From Candidatus Dojkabacteria bacterium (GTDB taxonomy: Bacteria > Patescibacteriota > Dojkabacteria > JAFGLO01): a stretch of DNA of 64,000 nucleotides. The position numbers and the translations under genes were made by a program. Shown here one piece after another: positions 57,476 through 64,000 of the stretch. Location of the stretch: contig JAFGLO010000015.1 in the NCBI GenBank assembly GCA_016927995.1, forward strand, positions 3,847 to 67,846. Reading direction: 5' to 3'. The number at the start of each line of letters is the position of its first letter. Position 1 is the first letter of the stretch. The notes beneath the pieces are model-generated. The model had not been told where the DNA came from. It was given only the letters and a program-made list of their open reading frames with translations, and did no database searches.

Positions 57476-59935
57476 GTGGAGTTTTTATATACAATCGCAC
57501 AGTACGTAAAACCTGTTCCATACAATGATTCTACAAATGATTCCGTTACTACTGCAGCTTCAGCTCTTGATTGGAGCGCTATAATAATTTTTCTTGCCTT
57601 GTTTGTTTTTATCTGTGTACTTGTCGTTGTTGCAATATTAATCTTTGCAAAGAATCAAAGGGAGGAAGATAGAGAGGACAAGTCCCTCGATAGTGTACTT
57701 TATCGAGTAAGAATTGCTCAAAGCAACGAAATTGAAATAGGGGTTGCCGAGCAGTTTTTCTCGAACCTCTACAGTATTGGTAAAAAACAAAAGTTTTGGG
57801 AGCGGCTTTTAAAGGTAAATCCATCAATAAGTCTTGAAATAGTATCGCTTCCGATTGGAATAGATTTTTATATCTATACACCCAGAAAATTTGCAAAACA
57901 CGTGGAAAACCAAATTTTGGCAACATACCAAGTTGCTGAAGTAGAGGAAATATTCGATCACAATATATTTAAAGAGGGTAAACGTGTAGCTGCCGTAGAA
58001 CTTGTTTTGTCCGATGAGCCACATCAACCAATCAAAGTACATGAGGACTTTAAAGGAGACCCGCTTTCCGGTATTTTAAGTGGACTAACCAAAATTCAAG
58101 AAGGAGACGGAGCTTGTCTTCAGATAACAATATCTCCGGCAGATTCTTCTTGGCAGAAGTCGGGGACCAAATTCATCCAAAAGATTAATTCCAATAATGC
58201 CGATCCGGAAAAATCAAGAATAGAAGAGAGTCAGGAAAAGCTCCAGGCAATCGAAAAGAAATGTACTAAAAATGGTTTTTATACTGCAATCCGAATAGTT
58301 GCAACTGCTGATACCGACGATCTGGCAGAAGCCAGAGTAAATGGTATTGCATCTGCGTTCGATCAGTTTTCAAATCCGGGCATTAACTCCTTTAAAAAGA
58401 GAACACCCAAGGGAGCTGAACTAAAGCAATTTATGACCGACTTTATCTATAGAAAAAGTCCAATAGGAAAGAAGAACATACTTAATGTAGCTGAACTTGC
58501 TACAATTTTTCACCTTCCGAACAAGGAAATACAGACACCTTTGTTAAACTGGTTAGGATTTAGAAAGGCTCCACCCGACCCACGAATTCCTGCAGAAGGT
58601 TTGTGGCTGGGTACTTCAGTATATCGTGGCGAGCGTAGACCAGTTGCAATACGTCCGGAAGACCGTAGGCGACACATGTATATAATTGGTAAAACCGGAG
58701 TAGGAAAGTCATGGTTTTTGCAAAACCTTGTTATGCAAGATATCTATGCCGGACATGGAGTTGCGTTTCTCGATCCTCACGGTGATACGGTTGAATGGTT
58801 ACTTAAGAGAATTCCGGCTGATCGGGCCGAAGATGTTATTTATTTTAATGCAGCCGATCATGAACGTCCGGTAGGGTTTAACATAATGGAGTATTACAAC
58901 GAGAGTGATAAGCACTTGGTTGTTAACTCTTTCCTCGGACTTATGTATAAAATGTTTGACCCAAATAACCAGGGTATTGTAGGCCCAATCTTCGAGAGAG
59001 CCGTTCGAAATGTAATGCTTACCGCAATGTCCGAACCGGGTTCAACGTTGGTTGAGGTTGTGCGTATTCTTACCGATGAAGAATGGGTTAAATCATATTG
59101 GCTTCCAAAGGTAAAAGATGATCTGGTAAGACGTTATTGGACCGATCAAATGTCCCAAACCGATAAATTCCATAAATCCGAAGCGCTTGGCTATCTTGTT
59201 TCAAAGTTTGACCGTTTCGTTACAAATGAGCTTATGCGTCATATAATCGGACAATCAAAGTCGGGATTTGATTTTAGGGATGTTATGGATAATAAAAAGA
59301 TTCTCTTGGTAAATCTATCGAAAGGTTTAATAGGTGAAGAAAATGCCGAATTTCTGGGACTTTTAATGATTCCTAGGCTTTTGCGTGCCGCCATGAGTAG
59401 AGCCGATATAGACGAAGAGCAGCGCCAAGATTTTTATCTTTATGTTGATGAATTCCAAAACTTTGCAACGGATAGCTTCGAACAAATATTATCCGAGGCC
59501 CGTAAATATCGACTTAACCTTATTGTTGCAAACCAGTATATTCAGCAGATCGACGAAAAAATCCGCGACGCAATATTTGGAAACATTGGTAGTATTGTAA
59601 GCTTTAAAGTTGGTACTGACGATGCCGAGTATTTGCAAAAGGTATTTGAACCCGTGTTTAACTCACAAGATCTTATTGGTATTGAGGCAATTAACGCCTA
59701 TGCAAGGATTCTTGTTAATAATGAATGGCCACCTGCATTTTCAATGTCTACTTGGTATGATTCCGGAAAATGGGTTTCAAATCCCAAGGTTCGTGATTTG
59801 GCTGTTCAGCTTTCGCGAGTTCGATATGGTGCCGATGTTAATGCAGTTCGTGAAGATATTTCAAGGAGAGCTCATCTTGCCGTTGAAAATGCTCCTCCGG
59901 CAACGGGTGGAATTCCTGGTCTACCAACGTTCTAA
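57476..59935 (+). CDS. VirD4/TraD/TrwB-like coupling ATPase
   Basis: N-terminal TM; DRRRHMYIIGKTGVGKS, LDPHGD, LYVDEFQNF, LSEARKYRL..ANQY. Confidence 0.9.
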   Translation: MEFLYTIAQYVKPVPYNDSTNDSVTTAASALDWSAIIIFLALFVFICVLVVVAILIFAKNQREEDREDKSLDSVLYRVRIAQSNEIEIGVAEQFFSNLYSIGKKQKFWERLLKVNPSISLEIVSLPIGIDFYIYTPRKFAKHVENQILATYQVAEVEEIFDHNIFKEGKRVAAVELVLSDEPHQPIKVHEDFKGDPLSGILSGLTKIQEGDGACLQITISPADSSWQKSGTKFIQKINSNNADPEKSRIEESQEKLQAIEKKCTKNGFYTAIRIVATADTDDLAEARVNGIASAFDQFSNPGINSFKKRTPKGAELKQFMTDFIYRKSPIGKKNILNVAELATIFHLPNKEIQTPLLNWLGFRKAPPDPRIPAEGLWLGTSVYRGERRPVAIRPEDRRRHMYIIGKTGVGKSWFLQNLVMQDIYAGHGVAFLDPHGDTVEWLLKRIPADRAEDVIYFNAADHERPVGFNIMEYYNESDKHLVVNSFLGLMYKMFDPNNQGIVGPIFERAVRNVMLTAMSEPGSTLVEVVRILTDEEWVKSYWLPKVKDDLVRRYWTDQMSQTDKFHKSEALGYLVSKFDRFVTNELMRHIIGQSKSGFDFRDVMDNKKILLVNLSKGLIGEENAEFLGLLMIPRLLRAAMSRADIDEEQRQDFYLYVDEFQNFATDSFEQILSEARKYRLNLIVANQYIQQIDEKIRDAIFGNIGSIVSFKVGTDDAEYLQKVFEPVFNSQDLIGIEAINAYARILVNNEWPPAFSMSTWYDSGKWVSNPKVRDLAVQLSRVRYGADVNAVREDISRRAHLAVENAPPATGGIPGLPTF

Positions 59936-59971
59936 TATGTTACTATCTAAAATCAGTTTGCGTATACATTC

Positions 59972-60502
59972 ATGAGCTCCGAATATAAGCTTAACCCTGC
60001 AGAGGAGAAAATGTATACTAAAGTTTATAAGAGTTACCGAGAGGAGATATTTCGCTTTGTTTATAGCCGGATTCATTCCAGGGAGATAGCAACCGATATT
60101 GCAAGCAAAGTTTTTGTTAAGCTTTTCACAAAATTTAGGACAATTCGTCATGAAACCGTTCGAGCTTGGCTTTATCAGGTCGCCCGTAACGAAATGATCG
60201 ACTACTTTAGAGCTCGAAAGCAAACAGTCTCTTTGGAGGAGGAATTTTTTGAGGATGTATCAAGTGGTGATGATGCCGCAGGTAAAGTGGAAAAAGAAAT
60301 TCAAAGCGACAAACTTAAAAAGATAATGGGCAAACTTTTGCCCAAATCCCGAGAAATCGTAACGCTTAGGGTATATGAAGAGTTAAGCTTTAAAGAGATT
60401 TCCGATGTCATGAATATTACTGAAGGATCTGCCAAAATGATGTATTATAGAGCAATAGATAAATTATCCGAACTTCTAAATGGAGGAAAAGCAGACATAT
60501 AA
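59972..60502 (+). CDS. ECF-type sigma factor
   Basis: Regions 2 and 4 only: AWLYQVARNEMIDYFR, LSFKEISDVM..TEGSAK...YRA. Confidence 0.9.
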   Translation: MSSEYKLNPAEEKMYTKVYKSYREEIFRFVYSRIHSREIATDIASKVFVKLFTKFRTIRHETVRAWLYQVARNEMIDYFRARKQTVSLEEEFFEDVSSGDDAAGKVEKEIQSDKLKKIMGKLLPKSREIVTLRVYEELSFKEISDVMNITEGSAKMMYYRAIDKLSELLNGGKADI

Positions 60503-61748
60503 ACTAACATTTGGCGAAATCTTCAAAATAGTAAAGATTTGGTTGTTTTTGACAATTATTACTACTGTTTTGATCTCCTTGATGCTTGTTATATTTAAGT
60601 TAGGGGTAACTGTCTCAAAAGAAAATATTGCCTGCGTGGGCGATATTGTAAAAGGTAATTCCCCTGCCGACTATACAAGTTATTACGAGCTTAACGGGTT
60701 TGTTTATCCATTAACCTCAGTAGTAAATAAGGGTGAGCATAAATTTATTGCCGGTTGTGGAGAAGCTAATGGGCTCTTACGCTCAGGTGCATTTTTAGTT
60801 TTAGTAAATGTTCCGGCATGGCTTTTCGTTTCCGTAATTGTTACTTTCCCTGTTGCAGTAACACTTTATCTGATCGAATTAGTAACTCGTGGCACATTCG
60901 TTGAGAAAATCATTGGCTTCCTTGGAAAAGTTAAGCGATTTGCTGGATCAGTCGTTAGAAATGTCTTAAATATAAAGCTTCCGGTGTGGATCTCTTTGGT
61001 TGCAGTTATTGTTATTGCCGGTGGCTTATTTATTGCATACAGTAGCAAAGTTCAATCCAGGTTTAAAGATATATTCGGAAGTTTCCTTGGTACTAGTGAG
61101 GAAGTAGATACACTTAAAGAACAGATATCCGATTTAGAAACTGAGGTAGGAGAGAAGGGAAAATCCGTTGATGATCTAGAGGAAACAATAGAAGAACTTG
61201 AAACTCAGCTTGATAAACTTAAAGCGGGTGAGAGTACAAAAGCAAAAATTTGTGTTACAGGACTTGATAACAGAGCAAAGTGTACTGGTGCAGAGAATAT
61301 ACTTCATCCTTATTCCAGTTCAGGCTTTGATTACAATGACTGGCAAACCATTAATGCTAGCGATATAAACGCAACTTTTAAGTTTCCCAACGGGGAGTAT
61401 TCTACTGATTCGCCTTCCAGCACGGAAACATATTACCAGTTAATGGTCGGAACCGATAGACAGTATCTAATTTCTAGGTTTAGTGATGTAACGGATTTTG
61501 ATGGATTTATAAACGAATTTGTAAACGTGAATGATCCTAATTCCCAAACAGAGTATTCATATATGGTTCGAGATGGTCAGTTTATAATAACGGTTATAAA
61601 CGAAGATTCTGAGGGCACATTATGTATTTCGTTTTTCTTTTCAGGATCTAATGCATATATGTTAGCGTATGGATATTATGGTGATGCAGAACCAGATTAT
61701 ACAGAGTTTTTAATGTTGCTTGATAGTTTTGAAATTGTTACTAATTAA
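60480..61748 (+). CDS. Multi-TM protein with coiled coil and extracellular domain
   Basis: Three hydrophobic segments, LKEQISDLE..LEETIEELETQLDKLK coil; overlaps the ECF gene. Confidence 0.7.
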   Translation: MEEKQTYKLTFGEIFKIVKIWLFLTIITTVLISLMLVIFKLGVTVSKENIACVGDIVKGNSPADYTSYYELNGFVYPLTSVVNKGEHKFIAGCGEANGLLRSGAFLVLVNVPAWLFVSVIVTFPVAVTLYLIELVTRGTFVEKIIGFLGKVKRFAGSVVRNVLNIKLPVWISLVAVIVIAGGLFIAYSSKVQSRFKDIFGSFLGTSEEVDTLKEQISDLETEVGEKGKSVDDLEETIEELETQLDKLKAGESTKAKICVTGLDNRAKCTGAENILHPYSSSGFDYNDWQTINASDINATFKFPNGEYSTDSPSSTETYYQLMVGTDRQYLISRFSDVTDFDGFINEFVNVNDPNSQTEYSYMVRDGQFIITVINEDSEGTLCISFFFSGSNAYMLAYGYYGDAEPDYTEFLMLLDSFEIVTN

Positions 61749-61781
61749 TCTAAAAAACGTAATCTATTATAGAAATAACTA

Positions 61782-64000
61782 ATGGCAAAGGTAATGAAAA
61801 AACTTAAAACAATGGTAAAACAGATAAAGGAGGGAGTAAGTAAGTTTGTTATTGTAATGACTTCAAAGGCTAAGGATTTTCTGTCGAAATTTAGGAAGTC
61901 AAAGCCGGTCGATGGCACAAAGTTAAATAACAAAGAAACTTCCGTTGATGCCAAAACGGCAAAAAAAGAGCGCGAGGTTGTTAACTTCCTTAAAAAACAT
62001 AAAACAGTAAAGCCAACAAAAGAAATGCTTTCGTCTTTAGATCAGGCAGTATTTGAATCTACCAAAATAGAAGGAATTAAGCCGCGAAAAACTTTTGAAC
62101 TCGACTTTAAGGGGCTTTTTGCTAACACATATTTTAAATATTCAGTTGCAGTGTTTTCAAGTTTATTCATTTTTCTTTTGGGGCTTTCAATTTTGGGATT
62201 ACCTGTATGGTTGTTTCTTCGAAGATTCTGGGTAAATGTCACAACTAATCCTGTTTATGCACCAATTGAGGTTGTTGCAACGGCTTCAACAAACTATGGT
62301 GTTTCGAGAGGAGCAACGTTTATAATAAAAACTGATGAAGGGGTTGATTCAAGGCTTTTGGCTGAAAGTATAAGTATCTCACCGGAAATTGAATTTGAAA
62401 TTACAACAGAAGGTGAAAGTCTTTTAATTGTCCCGGTAGAAGAACTTTCGGCAGACACAATTTATGTAATTACAGTTCCCAAAGATACCAAGATTTCTTC
62501 GAGTACCAGGCTTGCCGTGGATTTGTCATTTGTATTTGTCACTGAACCGGATTTTAAGGTTACTGGTACAACCCCTCGAAATGGGGTTTCCGGTCCTGCA
62601 GATACTGCCCTTGAAATCGAATTTTCGTATAACAATGTGGTGCTTGATTCGTTTACGCAACGGTTTTATGTAACACCTGCACGTGCCGGTGAGTTTTTAC
62701 AAGTCGATCACAAAATTGTTTTTGTACCTACGGAGCCTTTGGTACCAGGAGTATCATATACATTTGGAGTTACCGATGGAGTTGAAACAGCTGATGGTCG
62801 AGTTTTGGCTAGTGGTGTCGAGAGTACATTTATTGCCACACATCCTAAAGATTATGACATTGAAGTCGGCTATTTTATGCCAACTTTGTGTGCAACGGAT
62901 GGTGAGGGACTTGTTAATACGGTCGACAACTTATCCTCGTGTGATTTTTATGATAATGGATTAACCAAACGAGATGTTACAGCAAAGATCTTTGCAGTAA
63001 CAAAGGAACAGTTGGTTCGTGGGGTTGTGGAATTCTCGAATATGAGGCCGGATTTTGTAGACGGATTAACTCCGGTTTGGAGCACTACCGTTGGTGGTGG
63101 GGATTATGGCAAATATAGCATTAGACCAGGTATTACGGCAGCCGGAATTTACATGCTCGAGCTTTCAATGAGCTTTCCAACGGGGGAAACCTCATATAAT
63201 TACGAATATATTATCGTTAGTGATCTCTCGGCAGTATGGCAACAGTATAACAACTCAAACAATGTTTGGATAACTAATGCCGGAGCAAATGCGGTTATTC
63301 CCAATGCTACCGTTGAAGCTTATGGCGATGATAGTATACAACTTGCTACGGTGCAGACCGACTCAAATGGACTGGCAGCCTTCGATAGTGAGGGTGTAGA
63401 ACTGATAGTCGCTTCAATAGACGGTAAATATGTAACAGTTGCGCCTTCCAGGTATTACTACGGCAATTTCTCTTGGAGAACGGATCTTGTAACAAGTGTT
63501 GTTTTGGATAGGCCGTATTATTCCTATGGTGATAAGGTGCAGTTCAAAGGTATTGTAAGAGATAAAAACACATTACTTACCGTTCCCTTGAATATTAATT
63601 CGATACGTGTCGAAGTTGTTACCCAAATGTACGAGTTTGGTATAAGTAACGAAAAAGTAATTACACAATACAACGTTCCTTTTAATCCAGTAATGGGTAC
63701 CTTCTCCGGGGAATTTTATTTACCTTCAAGTATCTCCGGATCTGTATACTTAAACCTAAAGGTTGGTGACAATATAATTGAATCAAAAAATATCAGTATA
63801 GCGGAGCTCGAGAATGTATCAGAGGTTACATACGAACTCTCAACGAGGACAGAGATTTTTTCACACAAGTCTAGTGTGGATGTTTTTATTGATGGTTATT
63901 ATGCCAATGGGTCGCCAGTACTCTCCGAGATGGTTGATTTAAATGTCTCGGTTAGTAGAGCAATGTTTTACGGAATTCCGGAGGGAACTCTTACTAAGGC
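61782..64000 (+). CDS. Alpha-2-macroglobulin family protein, 5' part (runs off the window; absent from the ORF track)
   Basis: ATG 61782; basic N-terminus, TM, Ig-like repeats; in-frame VQTDSNGLA and MG2-like VLDRPYYSYGDKVQFKGIVRD near 63500. Confidence 0.8.
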   Translation, partial: MAKVMKKLKTMVKQIKEGVSKFVIVMTSKAKDFLSKFRKSKPVDGTKLNNKETSVDAKTAKKEREVVNFLKKHKTVKPTKEMLSSLDQAVFESTKIEGIKPRKTFELDFKGLFANTYFKYSVAVFSSLFIFLLGLSILGLPVWLFLRRFWVNVTTNPVYAPIEVVATASTNYGVSRGATFIIKTDEGVDSRLLAESISISPEIEFEITTEGESLLIVPVEELSADTIYVITVPKDTKISSSTRLAVDLSFVFVTEPDFKVTGTTPRNGVSGPADTALEIEFSYNNVVLDSFTQRFYVTPARAGEFLQVDHKIVFVPTEPLVPGVSYTFGVTDGVETADGRVLASGVESTFIATHPKDYDIEVGYFMPTLCATDGEGLVNTVDNLSSCDFYDNGLTKRDVTAKIFAVTKEQLVRGVVEFSNMRPDFVDGLTPVWSTTVGGGDYGKYSIRPGITAAGIYMLELSMSFPTGETSYNYEYIIVSDLSAVWQQYNNSNNVWITNAGANAVIPNATVEAYGDDSIQLATVQTDSNGLAAFDSEGVELIVASIDGKYVTVAPSRYYYGNFSWRTDLVTSVVLDRPYYSYGDKVQFKGIVRDKNTLLTVPLNINSIRVEVVTQMYEFGISNEKVITQYNVPFNPVMGTFSGEFYLPSSISGSVYLNLKVGDNIIESKNISIAELENVSEVTYELSTRTEIFSHKSSVDVFIDGYYANGSPVLSEMVDLNVSVSRAMFYGIPEGTLTK

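Noticed and set aside
1-64000. Many short antisense or out-of-frame ORFs in the track (e.g. 3619..3933, 6390..6845, 13804..14277, 32153..32623, 36956..37573)
   Set aside because: They are shadows of well-supported genes and carry no motifs of their own

Overview
AT-rich, gene-dense chromosomal window read in standard code 11, with no rRNA, tRNA, CRISPR array or transposase gene seen. Gene content points to a Patescibacteria/CPR bacterium of the Microgenomates/WWE3/Dojkabacteria type (inference): divergent rpoB/rpoC, VirB2-like pilins, PrgI-VirB4, a VirD4-like ATPase, sortase, DUF4012, LCP and a short MiaA. Housekeeping genes are groEL (3' end), rpoBC-rpsL-rpsG, rpoD, lepA-recF-miaA, hrcA-grpE-dnaK with a CIRCE operator, dnaJ, holA, yqgF/ruvX, ftsK, comF, trxA, folD-glyA and rpsT. 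The most notable items are: (1) a 0.5-7.2 kb cassette of repeated 'membrane-active protein + small helical partner' pairs, with two paralogous modules (one broken by an in-frame TAA) and a 1098-aa protein, ending at a VirB2-like pilin, a candidate effector/chaperone or toxin/immunity array for the dispersed T4SS-like machine; (2) a ~120-bp non-coding tandem repeat array upstream of yqgF with an inverted copy downstream; (3) a GTAG-type REP family, two copies of which appear split at their centre by small inserts; (4) no obvious Shine-Dalgarno signals, several leaderless promoters and a recurring ACTGCC motif before start codons; (5) an ECF sigma factor operon ending in an alpha-2-macroglobulin-like gene missing from the ORF track. 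All functional calls come from motif recognition by eye, not from database searches.
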